Below, in pieces: positions 37,907 to 51,832 of a stretch of DNA of 64,000 nucleotides (position 1 is the stretch's first letter; every line of letters starts with the position of its first letter). The DNA comes from Lytechinus pictus (lineage: Eukaryota). Under the pieces are notes generated by a model. That model was not told the DNA's origin. It saw only the letters and a list, made by a program, of their open reading frames with translations, and searched no databases. The translations under genes and the position numbers were made by a program. Location: assembly GCF_037042905.1 (NCBI RefSeq), contig NC_087245.1, positions 19,718,001-19,782,000 of the forward strand, given 5' to 3'.

Positions 37907-40900
37907 CTGTACATTTGATTATAAAAAAAATATACACTTTTTTTTGTCAACAAGAGACTGAAAATCTAGCATTGCACTTACATGAAGTTATAAGAGGAAA
38001 TTTACCTTGTAATGTTTATTTCTCCATTCTTTCATCAAATAAACATTAAAATGTACAAGCAGAAGTGCCAAAAACACAAAAGCACAAATTAGAAACTTAA
38101 CAAGTACAACCGAGAATTGTAGCATGTGCCTGTCATCAAGGTCCATGGCTCAAACTCTGGTCAAATCTTTTGAACTGGACATTAAAGGATGTATTTGGAG
38201 GTCATAAAGATCATATAAAACCACAATTATACACTCAAAATAACAGGGGAAAAGTTTTTCAAAATTCAAGGCATATAAGTACCCAACACACAGACATCTG
38301 AAACATGAGGAGTCTGAATAATTAGGCTCCTAAAACCCAAAATAGAGTATTAGTAAAGTAAATCGTAAATTAGAATTGATGCATTTCTGTTTTAAGCATC
38401 TATGGTATTTATAAATGATCTGCTGAGGAATTCTTGCAGTTGCGTCTTAAAAAAAAAAAAAAAAAGTATACTCACCACTTTGTTCCTGTAACTTTCCTTT
38501 CCATGTCTTCTCCATGGATACAACAAACTTCTCAAAGACTTCAACATTCTTTAGGAGGCTTGTTTTCTTGTAGTCTGCAATAAATCATGAATCAAATATA
38601 AAAACACACAAACTGGAAATTGAAGATAAATCATGCAAATGAAGAAGATGCAACTTAAAGAAGAGAGTCAATACCCTAATATGTAGTTCAGTCTGTTTTA
38701 TTGTGTTCAGTTTAATTTAATTATTAGATTTGTAAAAAATGAAAAATAAACTGAATGTCTTTATTTGAACAAGAATGTAAAAAGTTTATAATCATGGAAA
38801 ATTTAGGTTTTTTAAGTCTCACTTGATAACTTAAATATTGTACTATCATGGTTTTGAAAATTCAATTAATTTACACAGCTTAACATAATTAATTTACATA
38901 GCAACACGAAAAAGTTACACTTTAAACACTTTCATCTCAAAATTTTATTCAGTCTGCTAAAACCCTCATAGGATGGTATGTTAAAAATGGTGATATGACC
39001 GGCAACACAAATAGATAAACTTTTTTCTTGGGGGAGGGAGGACACTGACTGATAGCATACCTTTCATTCTTATCTTTGTTGGAGGCTGATTCTCATCATT
39101 CTCCGTTGATTGATTCGTTGGTTGATTCTTACGATCATACTCATCAATTTCAAGGCAAAGTCGGCTGAAAAAAAGGGCACATATTAACATGAATTAGAGT
39201 AAAGTGCAATCCTATTCAGACGTTGAGCAACAAATGTCAGCAAAATTTTTCATTTTGTTCAGACATGGTGAGACAAATATCTCATTTAAGTCAATAAAAT
39301 GCATTATCTGCTTAAATTCTTTAAACAATGAAATACAATTGCAATAAAAAGAACATGACATCATATACGACGTTGCTGCTCGTGTGGACTGATGCAATGA
39401 TACATGTTCAACACTGGCATGAGTTTTTCTGTGCAACTTCGAATTCAAAATTTTGCACTAAATTCATTTTAGAATTTGATTTATTTGCGGGACTTGTTCA
39501 CCTTGCAAAAAAATATTGTTTGCTTTTCCATTTTTGACATCTCATACGCCTTTGACATTGCACATAATAATGTTGTTGAAGTTTGCCCAACCATGTCTGA
39601 ATGAATCTCAATAAATATAAGACCTGGGAAGATTAGCTTCTTGTTAAATTGTGAAAGAAACAAGGGAAATGATCATTATGAACTTAGTAAAATAACTTTT
39701 TCAATTATTTACGGACCACTATAGAGGTTCAAGCTAAAATAAATGTTAATCTTCTTCCATTTAACTCTGCATAAGTACAAAGTTTGAACTAAATATAGTG
39801 AAAACAAAAATTTTATTACAATTTCAATTCACAGAGGAGGGTATAGACCTTACTAACACAAACAAATCTTGTGATGAATAAATCACTTTAAACATAGACA
39901 ATATAAATATAAATACCACAACAGTGCTAGGAGATATTCATTATGAATCGATTCAACCTTCAAGCCACACATCTTATATACCTGATATCTGGGACTGCCA
40001 TTGGGTCAAAACGGTCAAGCTCAGTAATATCCATGGGAATGCAGACACGCCCTGTTTTAGGATGGACACAGAAGGGACTCTTCAGGAGATGGTTGACCCC
40101 TTTACTCACGTTGACGTCCAGTCTAGGGTAGCAGTACTGAAAGGCTATCTCAGCTACCAACTGACCGCAACGCTTGGCCCGACCCTGAGAAAACATAAAT
40201 TCATATATTTATTAATATCACAAGAGTGGCATCAGAAGCAAACAATGTGCTAACAAAATATAAAATGAAACTTAACATACATATACTACGGAACAGAAAC
40301 ATTTTCAGAACATATCTGGAATGATAAAAACAAATACTTCATTACAGGCTGGTCTTTTTCATGGCACTGTTCATTTAGAATTTCAATGAAAGGGGCTATA
40401 ATCAACAGAAAGTAAATAAAACCACAAATAAAAATAATAAACAATCCAATGCTATTCATTTACAAACTGAAATGAACCTTGCAGGTGCATGTAGATTTTA
40501 ACAGTTAACCTCATTCGACCTTTAATCAATTAGACTGCGGTGTTTGTAAGGAATTGGTCATCCATGTTCAGTTATAAATAGGTTTACAAATAGTTTGTAT
40601 GTTACCGATGTCAACAAATTTGTTAATTTGAACTTTCAGCTAGTGTATGACCTGTGACCTTCAAATAAACTTGAAATGGCCGTAAGACATCTACCACTAG
40701 AATTTTGTTGCAAACATGCAAATGATTGGAAAATTTCATGAACTTTTCAATAGTACACTGTTAAGAATCTTCTCATCTTCCTAATCATTAGTAGCTAAAC
40801 AAAATCAGAAAAGACAAACATGTCATTATTAACAGACTACTATGTGATGAACCTGAAAATAGTTTTTAAGGACACAAATCTGACACTGTAACTTACCACC

Positions 40901-43900
40901 GATACCTCTCTGCTGACTCGCTCTCTAAGCAGCTTCCACCTCTCCAAAGAGTTTGACCCTTTGGCCATGTCATTCTCTAGATGACCTCTGAGAGGTACAC
41001 AGGTCAAAGGTCAAGGAATAATACTCAACATCCCATGTAATAAGAATAATGCTTATAATATGCAACATCTATAGAACACTGAATGATATGGTAGTTATTA
41101 GTGCTGCAAACTATTCATTCATTCATTCAATCAATCAACAACTCTCTACTTGTGTTTACATATAAATCGGCCTGAAATATGAATACTAAGCATAGAAGTG
41201 AGGACGAAAAGTCTTGTTAAGCCTGACTCATCATTTTGTGTTAATCAAGGATATTTTCATCAGGAACGAGGGCAAGTACTTTCTTCCATGATTCTTTGTC
41301 ACCGAGGATGTCCTGTCTGTTAAGAGCGTAATCCTCAAAATAGCTAACTATCACCTGTTTAGCTCTCCTGAGAATAAACAAAGACAAATAAAGTGATAAA
41401 AGAAACAAACTCCAATCGAATTGTTGGATCGGTATACTGTTTATGTGATGAAATAATCTCCATCATTACCTTCGTCCTCAATAATCGGCAACATCACAGC
41501 AAAATAATTCATGGTATTTTATGACTGGGCAGATATGAATATGCTTAATGTCAACATCATTATCATCATCATCATCCTCCTCATCATCTTCATCGCCATC
41601 ATCATCATCATCATCAGTATCACGTGTGGAGGAGCCATGGTGTAGTGGTTCTGACTCTCGCCTTGTAAACAGAGGGTCGTGTGTTCGAATCCCACCGCGG
41701 TCTAGCGTCCTTTGGCAAGGCGTTAATCCACATTTTGCCACTCTCGACCCAGGTGCTAAATGGGTACCTGATAGGATGCGAAAGCATGTTTGAATTTACC
41801 AGCGCCATTATGTGGCTGCAATGAATGCAAGGAATGCTCCCCAAGGAGTGGAAATTGTGCACTTTTTGTGCAGGATTGAAATGAATCCAATGACCGGGGT
41901 AATAATATGCTGTAAAGCGCTTTGACCCATTATGGGAAAAGCTAGCTATTATTAATATTATATAATCATCATCTCCATCATCACCATTACCATCATAGTC
42001 GTCGTCATCATCATCATCATCATAGAATCATCACAACTGTCACCATCATCACTACCTATCAATTTGTTCTAAAATTATTGAAACCAAATGGCCAGAATTT
42101 ACAAAGGTGATTTCAATCGTACCATGGTACAAAACCATGGACTATGCAGATATTAAGGTCTAACCCGCACCCTGCCGGTATGCCCCCGATCGCGTGTTGC
42201 GGGCCGGGCCGAGTTCATTCTCAAACCCGCAGACCGTCATACGAAAAAAAGGGAGAAGTAACGACGCATAATAAAAACATTAACAATGAAAATTGAGTTA
42301 GGATTATGTGCTTCTTACGTGGCGGATTCTTTTAGAGACGAAGATATTTCCTTTTAAAAAATGCCGGCGTATTTTTGTCTTGTGAACAGTGAACAGGACT
42401 GAGACAGTTCGACATAATACATCAAGTTGCTCTTTCAAAGGAGCGCCAGTGCAGCGCAGTCAGAGAAAGGAATGTTTTACGACTGGGAGAGGGGGAGAGA
42501 GAGAGAGAGAGGGGAGGGGATGTGTTCGGAAAATGTAAACAGAAGCCAGAATACATTGCGTAATCATGTCTGGCAAGGAGCGAGTGATAGGCCACGTGGC
42601 AGAGAGTAGGGCGTGTTGAGCCTGTTTCCACGGCAACGCTCGCTGTTTGAGCTCGAGGGATTTGCGGTGCACGGCAGTGAGACAGTTCTTTGCTTATTGG
42701 ATTACCAAATTAGGTCATGACCTGATAGAGCGTGCCGTCAGGTCAGAGTGTTAGCTGCCCTTTTTTTAAGACATGCTAAGCTGGTCTAGTCTAGTGGCTA
42801 ACTAACCCTCCTTTTCGTTATTTCATACATTTTCTGATGAAAACTGAAGCCCCCGCACCCTGAATGCCCAGGTGGGTGTTTCATAAAGCTGTTCTTAAGT
42901 TAAGAGCGACTGGTGATCCTTACATATGGCGAATGGTATATTCATTAGCGATGGTTTTGCGCGTAAGAAAGGATCACCAGTCGTTCTTAAAGTCGCTCTT
43001 AACTTACGAACAGCTTTATGAAACGGCCCCCAGATCTCTTAATTTTTCCGGTGTACAATTGATTGAAAGTCTTTAAGATTTCAGAAGATGTAAAATTGGA
43101 TTACAATGGATTGCAAGTTTCTTGCAAATACGGTACCTCTCTCTTGACCGATTGATCGAGAGAGATAAAAAATAAAAATAAATAAAAGCATAGCTAAGCT
43201 AGCCAAGCACTAGTAACACGAGCTGTTTACGTAAGTTCATGGGCGCCCTCGTGCACGTTTGTATTAGTTTACAAAGAATTGGAAGAAATACAAAAACAGA
43301 AGAAAATAACATGGAGATATACAAGAAAAAATTGACTGTATCATTATCCTGGTATTTCTTTCAATTTTGATTACTTTATAGACGAGGTCCCATAGAATTG
43401 AATATTGTAATTATGATTGTTGTGAGTTGCCGTGTCGACCGACCTGGACTGAAAAACAACATTGCCGATCTTTGCTGGGCAGCCTGGGCTAGCTAGCGCG
43501 CGCTGAGCTGCGGCTCCAATCAGAGGAGTTAATTGCGTAATGCTTTCAATTTCGAGATCAGAGCGGACCCATTTCGTGGTACAAAGTCACCCCAAAAAAC
43601 ATTTTCTCTCCGGAATAAAAGGCGAATTTGCAAATTGTAAGTTTGTAAGCTCTAGGCTAGGTTAGTAGTTGGCATATATTTTCCTGATTTGAGCCTGTAT
43701 AAGTGTAGGGATTGCAGAAATAATATTTTTCATTTTTCAAAGATAAATTGACTTGCGGGTTAAAACCCGACGGGTCAGCGGGTACCGCTTGCAAATTATT
43801 GGATTATACGGGACTGTACGGTTCGGGTTTTCACTTGCGGGTTACAACATTAGCAGATATTATGTATGTAACTAGGCTTATTTCAACAAGTACCAAGAAA

Positions 43901-46900
43901 AGTTCAATTATAAAAGCACACTTTTGAAAAGGGCCCTAAATTAATGCTTGAATGAAGTCTGATAATAGAAGAAATCTACTTAGTCCACTGTTTTGTAACA
44001 TGGTACAACTGAAACCACCTTTGTGAATATGAGACTAGAAACTCACTCTACAGATGGATGTAGCTGCTCTGGAAGACTGACTTTCTTCACCTGATTTTCT
44101 CCTCCCTGAACAAATAAACAGAAAATCAACTTTGTCCATAACTCAGCTCTAAATCTCCAATATTCTAATTTACAAATTGTCATTATCAAGCTGTTTCTAA
44201 TCTAACTTCAAAGATCTTATACTCTGAATTGTTACCCTTTTAACCGTCAATACATTGAGCGGATGTGAGCTTCTAATTCAAATGATGGCCCTTATAATGC
44301 ATCACATATTTAACCTACAAAACCATATAAAATCTGTATTATTCCAAATGAAGAATAAGTAAAAAAAGAAATGAACATTACTGTGGAGATAAATAGTTAC
44401 AATACAAACATGATGGGCATCACATGAGTATCGACAGTTCTCGCTTAGAGAATAGTGATATATTATCACATGAAAAAAAAAAATGTGGTGTCATGGCTGG
44501 TCTGCATAATAAATTCCTCACAGAATTCATACTAAAATAATTGGAACCCTCCTACAGTCAGAATATTCATATACTATATAAAGCAATTAGATACTTATAA
44601 TATCAACATTACCATATGCAAATTTATTCTCTATTTATAGGTAGCTAATGATTACCTTGACAATGCTGAGATACTCTGCGATTGCTGACCGTGCATTCTG
44701 AGATAGTTTTCTAGCAGCCTCATCGCACACCCAACAATGAACACCACGTCGCCCTGAGTAGACCCACAAACGATGCTCAAAACCAAAGTCATCTGCACAA
44801 ATGATCAATTCAAAAGTTTTTGCTTGAATTTATCAGCTCATAATGTTATATTGTTGAATTATTCAAGGGCACAGCCATATTTCATCTGTTTGTAAATTTT
44901 ATTAATTTAGTCATTTGTCAAATTCTTCAGTGTAGCACAATTTCTTGTCCAACCGTAGACAAATAAAATAGTCAATTAAGAATTAAAAACAGTTTGGATA
45001 TGTACACAATCAAGTCAAATTACTTTTTTTTTCTTTTACTTTATTATTTATAATTATATTGCAATGAATCAATTGAAATGATAATTGCTGATGGATCCTT
45101 GTTACATTTGTTTCGCCAAATTAACTGTTGCCAGTATCAGTTGTATACTTTTAATTCATGTTTCTTTTAATATTCTTATACTGACCTGGATGGAGGTAAA
45201 GGGGTGAGGGAAGGAAGACCTGTGGGTCGTGGTAATTTAGTTAACCTTTTCCAAACCCAGGCAGCCCCTTTATCTCTATTCCAGGTCCTTTGTATTATGT
45301 CACGTATTTTATGTAATTTGTATTGTACTATAATTCATGTATTTTGAAATGCCGAATAAATAATAATAATAATAAATTGTAATCACTCCACCGGTCTGTC
45401 GGAGTTATAGTGCAATCTTGGGGTGAGAAATGGTAGTAAACACATACAGCATCATAATAGGCCGATATATTAAAGCAAGAATTTTGACAAGTACTGCATG
45501 GTACTCTTATGTCCAAAGTCCCACTTGGTTGATGATATTACATGGAACTTAAGAAATTTAGTTCTTAAACTGATAAAATGTATTTCATCAGTTCATCGAT
45601 CTACCAGTCTGCAGAAAATGGCACTGGTGACTGGCAACATCAGTCGGTTCAACCCGGCCCTAGTTTCTTAATGCTCGATGCTTGTTCCAAGAATTTGGGA
45701 TTTATTTCACTCAAAATATTAATGTTAGCTGTCATATTCTTGTGAAATATACATCCACATTGTATTTCAAAATATCTATAGAGGTCATACCATAGAGGGC
45801 ACTGTCCACAATCTTTATTGCAATCGTCATCAGGGGCCAACATTTGGAGCATATATCTGCACCTCTGTAATGAGTAGACAATAATATTGAAATAAAGATA
45901 AAACAGTTGTAAAAGTTATTATATTCTTTGATACATATCAAATCTTCTCATCAAGCAACTAAAAGATAAATACCGGTATCTCCTACGTGCTTATGCCATT
46001 ATGCCTCTGCAAATTTTCGTATACATCTGTATGTCAAATGATCATTGTAAACTTTTGACCTGAACATAGCAAAATAATCACTTATAGTGTTGCAAACTTG
46101 TTGTAATCATTTCACGATACTCTTTCCTCTTTTCCTATCATTTTATACCAACAACATTCATATAAATTCTTATAGAGAACTAGGATGCAAAAAGGGGAGC
46201 CGCCCACGAAACTAAAAGAAGGAATTTATTTACCGCCATTTTTGTAGAAATAATCTATTCTGTGGTGCACTAGAATTATCATCCCTGGTTTACCTCGAGC
46301 TGCCACTTCCAGGGTCAGTGCCAGATACCCATTCACGTCATCACGGTTGAGTGCAACACAATGTAAATAACAACACACCATGGTTGGGATTTGAATCCAC
46401 AACCCTCTGTCTGAAAGTCACAACCACCAGACCACAACAAGCCTATGGGAGATAAATCAAAATATGCCCCTTATTTCAGGAGCAATCACTATACATTTTA
46501 TTTCACTTACTGGCAACAACTCCTGACATCATCATAATCCGTCATATCAATATCAAAGACAAGCTCTTTCTCCTGGGCTTGAAATGCAGCCGCCTTTAAC
46601 GTCCGATGATCTTTGGGCTAAAAAGTTCAGAAATGAAGGATATAAAGAGAGTATAATTCAAGGAATTAAAAAGAGGTCTCATCTGCAATCTTACCCCCCC
46701 CCTTATCAAATCTATTTTCCTGCCAATCCTGTCATGAAATAATCAGATGAATTGTTTTCCCTCAACACAATTATAGAATTCATAAACTGGTAGGTTGTGA
46801 AAAATGTTAGTGGTACAGTGGATTTGAAATAAAAAAGCAAGTCGAACATTGTGAAATAATGAGAACTAGTTGATAATCGAGTATGCTGAAAATCACCAAA

Positions 46901-47419
46901 CAAATGATCTTCAATTACAGCTGAATATGCTGACATGTATGTTTCCACTAAATGTATTTCTGGTGGTTAAAAGTTGCAGTAAAATTTTTATCATTCCACA
47001 ATCAAAATGATTTGCATATTTCTTTATATTATTTATTCAATATCATGCATTTACATTTGTTTAATGCCACTGAACTTCTGTAGTTTTGTATTAAATTCAA
47101 TAAAAATCCCATGGAAGCACATTGTATGATACATGCACATTGAGATAATGGTATTCAAAATACTAGATTTATCTTCTATATCTTGATTAATTTTCACCAC
47201 CACAAACATCTTTCTTTGTGAAAAGGTTAAACAGGTTTTAAAATGGCCCTACGTAAAATACCTTGTGCGTGAATACAGCGCCGATATCAATCTTGTATGG
47301 ACATCTTTTCTGTATCTCTTTCTCCAATTCATTCTGGTCACTGAACGATTGGTAGCGGATGTAGATGTCGTTCTCAAGAGTGAAGGAAAACTCACGATTC
47401 AAAAAGTAGCTCTTTGGAA
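37887..47419 (-). CDS. PRIM1: DNA primase small (catalytic) subunit; exons 2-12, first coding exon not located
   Basis: Exons 47419-47262, 46617-46511, 45864-45791, 44792-44656, 44105-44047, 41367-41255, 40994-40897, 40184-39982, 39164-39061, 38574-38476, 37906-37887. Open and phase-consistent (about 390 aa). Motifs [87 protein letters not shown]. Confidence 0.96.
38476..38574 (-). CDS. PRIM1: PRIM1 exon 11
   Basis: [33 protein letters not shown]. Confidence 0.92.
39061..39164 (-). CDS. PRIM1: PRIM1 exon 10
   Basis: [34 protein letters not shown]. Confidence 0.9.
39982..40184 (-). CDS. PRIM1: PRIM1 exon 9
   Basis: [39 protein letters not shown]...FDPMAVPDI. Confidence 0.96.
40897..40994 (-). 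CDS. PRIM1: PRIM1 exon 8
   Basis: [33 protein letters not shown]; preceded by an AC acceptor. Confidence 0.9.
40995..41254 (-). other. U12-type (minor spliceosome) AT-AC intron, 260 nt
   Basis: 5' splice site |ATATCCTT, branch point TTCCTTGAC (rc 41010-41018), 3' end ...GTGTAC|. Splicing keeps the PRIM1 frame (VPDET-LRG). Confidence 0.92.
41255..41367 (-). CDS. PRIM1: PRIM1 exon 7
   Basis: [37 protein letters not shown]. Confidence 0.93.
41628..41945 (+). mobile_element. tRNA-derived SINE (family B, Deu/Nin-like core)
   Basis: A box TGGTGTAGTGG, B box GTTCGAATCCC, core gacccaggtgctaaatgggtacc, tail tgtaaagcgctttga. Sits in (CAT)n microsatellite. A degenerate minus-strand relative lies at about 46240-46440. 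Confidence 0.8.
42154..43852. mobile_element. hAT-like non-autonomous element in a PRIM1 intron
   Basis: 8-bp TSD GCAGATAT (42146-53, 43853-60). TIRs TAAGGTCTAACCCGCA / TGCGGGTTACAACATTA with ACCCG subterminal repeats. Confidence 0.8.
42872..43030. mobile_element. PIF/Harbinger-like MITE nested in the hAT element
   Basis: Near-perfect TIRs gtttcataaagctgttcttaagttaagagcgac / gtcgctcttaacttacgaacagctttatgaaac; CAG TSD. Confidence 0.8.
44047..44105 (-). CDS. PRIM1: PRIM1 exon 6
   Basis: [20 protein letters not shown]. Confidence 0.92.
44656..44792 (-). CDS. PRIM1: PRIM1 exon 5
   Basis: [45 protein letters not shown]. Confidence 0.96.
45791..45864 (-). CDS. PRIM1: PRIM1 exon 4
   Basis: [24 protein letters not shown]. 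Confidence 0.95.
46511..46617 (-). CDS. PRIM1: PRIM1 exon 3 (catalytic DxD)
   Basis: [35 protein letters not shown]. Confidence 0.96.
47262..47419 (-). CDS. PRIM1: PRIM1 exon 2
   Basis: [26 protein letters not shown]...[13 protein letters not shown]; phase-1 acceptor catacag|. Confidence 0.95.
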
Positions 47420-47768
47420 CTGTATGGACAAATTGCATTAAGATTTAGGTTGAAACATTGAAAATGCAAAAGAGGAGGGAAATAATGCAATTGTCAATGG
47501 TCCGATCAGCTTAACAAACAAAGCATTGCATGGTTTAAATTGTCTGGCTGGCAATGGGCCAAACAATTGGACATAATAAATTTGTGTTTGCTAACTAATC
47601 TTATTTTTTCTTTTTAGCTGCATGTTCAACGATTCTTTCCAATATTATGCTCGTTCGTATCAAGTTCTATCGATGCGCCGTCGATGTTCGTCGACGGCTC
47701 TAACATTATACAGTAAACCTCGCGGACGGTAACTTGAGAACTAGTAGTCGACGATCACCCACAATCTG

Positions 47769-48208
47769 TAGAGGCGCACGGCCCAGATGGGAGACTCTCT
47801 CCAATATGGAAGACAATCTCCCATGTTGGAGACTTGCTTTGCAAAAGGACAAAAGAAACAACACCAACAAAAGCATGATTTTTTCCACCCAAAATTTTGT
47901 CTCACTGAGGTCAGAAGCCCATTTGTTTTGTGTGTGAATGACAACAAAAATCCTTATCAAAACAAAAGTAGACGGTGAATTTTTAAAGTAGACGTTGAAA
48001 AGGGGTAATTTTTCATGAGGAATCTGCTTATCACATTTTTATTTGCCGCCAAGGTAATCCTTTTGCAGCAAATGTAAACAAAGGAAGTTGGTCTCCCAAA
48101 CTGGAGACTGTCTCTGAAATTGGATACCCAAATTCTTTACGAAAGTCTCTGATATTGGAGTAATCTCCCACATGGGAGACAGTCTCCCATATTAGCCTTG
48201 CGCCTCTA
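47769..48208. mobile_element. Academ-like MITE
   Basis: TAGAGGCGCA...TGCGCCTCTA termini, GGAGAC/GTCTCC subterminal motifs, 3-bp TSD CTG. Confidence 0.7.
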
Positions 48209-49467
48209 CTGACCACCCATGGGTGCATCTCTGCCGCCGTGTACAGGAAAATTGAGGCACGGCGCATTCAACAATTCAACAAACTCCTGCAAATCTAATA
48301 AGAGGATTTACAGAATGAAATCCTCCTACGAAACTTACCAAACGATGTGAAGTCAATTCCTCCTAATATGGTGATTATCCCTCAAAAAGCATCATTTAAG
48401 CGTTAATTTTTCTTCTCATTGACCACAAAATACAAAGCAACCTTGCGAGTTGTCAAATTTTTCGTCTAATGAGCGAAAGAGGGCGCGCGATTTATCTTCG
48501 TATCAAAGACACTACAAGGGAAAGACTAGACACAAAAACTATCTTACACGTAAATCGATGCAAAGCGTTACGCGAAGTTGGCAAAGTGTCTGAGCTTTTT
48601 ACTGTAAAGACTTTGGTGGAACGTTAATTGACAAACGAACGGTAGCACTTGCGAGGCTTTGTTCAAGGTACGTAGAATTTTCTATATTTTTTGTTTAATT
48701 TGTCATCGCTTTGAATATTTTCCAAAACGTATTATCGTCAGCAAAAATAATAAAAAAGTATGTTTTTTAAGTTATTGCATTTATTGGTGTCTCTATTATA
48801 TCAAACAATCATTGGAATTGCGCATACCATGAATAAAAAATCTATTTAAAAAATACCGTCAAGCTGAATTAAGGTTGTGAATTGTATTAGCGCCACCAAC
48901 GACCTTCCTTTTATTTCCGTCAAAGAGACATGCAAAGCAACTTTCCAGGCCGAGGTAAGCAATTTTGCTCTTTTTTTGCATGCTTTTTCCATGAATAAAA
49001 TTTGTAAAATTGAAAATGGAACGCTTTTCACCAGAAAAAGCCCTGGTGAGTAGCGGAATGAGTTTCGGCTAACATTATTCGCGTTATGAAGCGATGTTAA
49101 CCGGCAACTCTAAAATCCATACTGTAAACACGTACGTGGTGACGGTGGTGCGAGGTTCATATAAGTACATACTATAAACCTCGCAATACGTGTGAGTGTC
49201 TACTGACATTAGTCAACACACCCCACCAGTTCAACATTCGATCGAAGGAGCGGATGAGATTGAAATTCGGCAAATCAGGCCCATATTTCCATCAGAAAAT
49301 ATATCAATTGTTAATGCAAAACTGTTATATGATATTTTAAGCATTTTCTGTCATTTTAGAGATAAATAAGGTAAAACTAAAAATTAAACTATCAAGTAGG
49401 CCCCTAAACTAAAAAAGTAAAACTAAAAAGTTGGATTTTTTCGCCTTGTCTTTGCAATCTTGTTCTA

Positions 49468-51360
49468 TGGGCATAATCGTGATATAGTCCCCAAATCCAA
49501 AAATGGGGATTATTAGAATCACACCTACCAGAACGCATGAAAATCACTTCCTTTCTCCAGAACACAGTCCCCAACTCTCTCACAGCTCGAGAACTTGCGA
49601 AATGATAACACACACAAATGAAACACACACTTGGATTCTCTCCCTATTATATACTTGTGATACAGTCCCCACTCTACGGGAAATCAAGTTCACTTTGCAC
49701 GCAGTGGGGATAGCTCCAACAGTATATATACTCGTGATACCGTCCCCTCACAACATAAAATCGTGCTCGTTCGACAAGGGGATGGGGACAGTTTCCCAGT
49801 GCAACGTGACAAGGAGGACTCATTCAAAACCTTCGGGAATTATTATTATTATTGTCATTATCATATTATATTATCATTATTATCATTTTATCATTATATT
49901 ATTATTGTTATTTAATCATAATTATAATTATTATTGTTATTATCATTATTAATATTATTGTTATTTAATCATAATTATCATTATTATTATTGCTATTATC
50001 ATTATTATTATTATTATTAATATCATTATTATTTTTACTATCATCATCATATATCATTATTTTTTTATTATTTTTGTTGTTATTATTATTATTATAATGA
50101 TAATGATAATATCATAAATTATTATATTATCATTATTATTATTATTCTTTATCATTGAAAATGTGCCCCTTCCATCCATTCTGTTCCTTGTATTTCATTT
50201 AATTCCTTCAAATGAAATCACTGTAGACTCATAATAACGTTTGGGTATTAATTATTATCATAATTATTATCATCATTGGCATCATTTTCATTTTTGTTGT
50301 CGTTATTATTGAAAGAGTCACCCCAAAACATTAAAGTAATCAATACAAATATGTGACGGAAATGAAAATAAAGTAATGATAACAACAATAGTATAATGAT
50401 GGTGATGATGATAATAAAGATTAATAACAATAATGATGTTGATAATAATTATGATAAAGGTTAATATAATGTTAATAATAGAGAATAATAACAATAATAA
50501 TAATTATTGTAAAATAATCAATAAAAGATAAATAATGTTAACAAAAAATAAGGATAACAATATTAGGTAAATAATAAATAAATACCATAAAAAATAATGA
50601 CAATAATGATGATAATAATTACGATAATACCCAAAAGTTATGAATGAGTCTATACAGTGATTTAATTTGAAGGAATTAAATGAAATACAAGGAACGGACT
50701 GGATTGAAGGGGCACATTTCCAATGATAAAGAATAATAATGATAATAATAATATAATAATTTATTATACTATTATCACTGTTATGATGATAATAATAACA
50801 ACAACAATAAAGAATAATATTTATTATGATGATAGTAATAATAATAAAATAAATAATAATAATGATAATTATGATTAAATAACAATAATAATAATTATGA
50901 TAAAATAATAATAATGATAAAATGATAATATAATATGATGATGACAATAATAATAATAATAATTCCCGAAGGTTTTGAATGAGTCTTCCTTGTCACGTTG
51001 CACTGGGAAACTGTCCCCATCCCCTTGTCGAACGAGCACGATTTTATGTTGTGAGGGGACGGTATCACGAGTATATACTGTTGGAGCTATCCCCACTGCG
51101 TGCAAAGTGAACTGTGTATCCCATAGCGCGGGGACTGTATCACGAGTATACTATACTGTTGAAACTGTCCCCACCGCCGTGAAAATCAAACTTGTTTTCC
51201 CGCAGAGTGGGGACTGTATCACGAGTATATAATAGGGAGAGAACCAAAGTGTAAGTGTGTTTCATTTGTGTGTGTTATCATTTCGCAAGTTCTCGAGCTG
51301 TGCGAATCTAATAATCCCCATTTTTGGATTTGGGGACGGCCAAATTCGCTATTGTGCCCA
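49468..51360. mobile_element. Foldback-type element; ~750-bp inverted arms containing (ATT)n/(AAT)n low-complexity DNA
   Basis: gtccccaaatccaaaaatggggattattag (49487) is mirrored at about 51307-51337. Arms stay colinear inward to about 50250 and 50620. Confidence 0.8.
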
Positions 51361-51770
51361 AGCGCCATTAAAACTGCTCAGCCCAGTGAAAATTCTTATC
51401 GCTAGACGTGCGTAAGAGCATGTGCGACCGGTGTCACACATGACCGCACAATAACAAAGCTCAGTCAGCGGGATATCGGCGTTCAGTGAAGTGGCGTGTT
51501 AATGGGTATTTCAGCTGTGCGAGAGAGGGGCGGGGATTAGGGATTGGGGGGGGGTGAAGGGGCACTAAAATATATGAAATCGGCGGGTTTTCAATAAAAT
51601 ACTATGTGCATCGTATTTTCGTTTTCTTTTTGTGTTTTCTGTATGATACATGGTTGGTAGATTTATTCCTCATTCATTCATTCCATCCAATTTATTCATC
51701 ATACTGTGCATTTCATTTCATATTATATTATATTACGTAACACTGTTTTACTAACCTTATTTTTTCTGTC

Positions 51771-51832
51771 CATGATGGGGATCGAACTCGAACCTTCTGA
51801 TCTGCAGTCCAGCATCGTAGTCAGCATGCCAC
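51771..51832 (-). pseudogene. Degenerate tRNA-like sequence (Cys-GCA-like loop) or SINE head
   Basis: rc: gtggcatgctgactacgatgctggactGCAgatcagaaggttcgagttcgatccccatcatgg. B box present, acceptor stem poor. Confidence 0.4.

Noticed and set aside
49503..51105. Ile/Tyr-rich ORFs (149 aa, 147 aa and others)
   Set aside because: Translations of (ATT)n low-complexity DNA in the foldback element.
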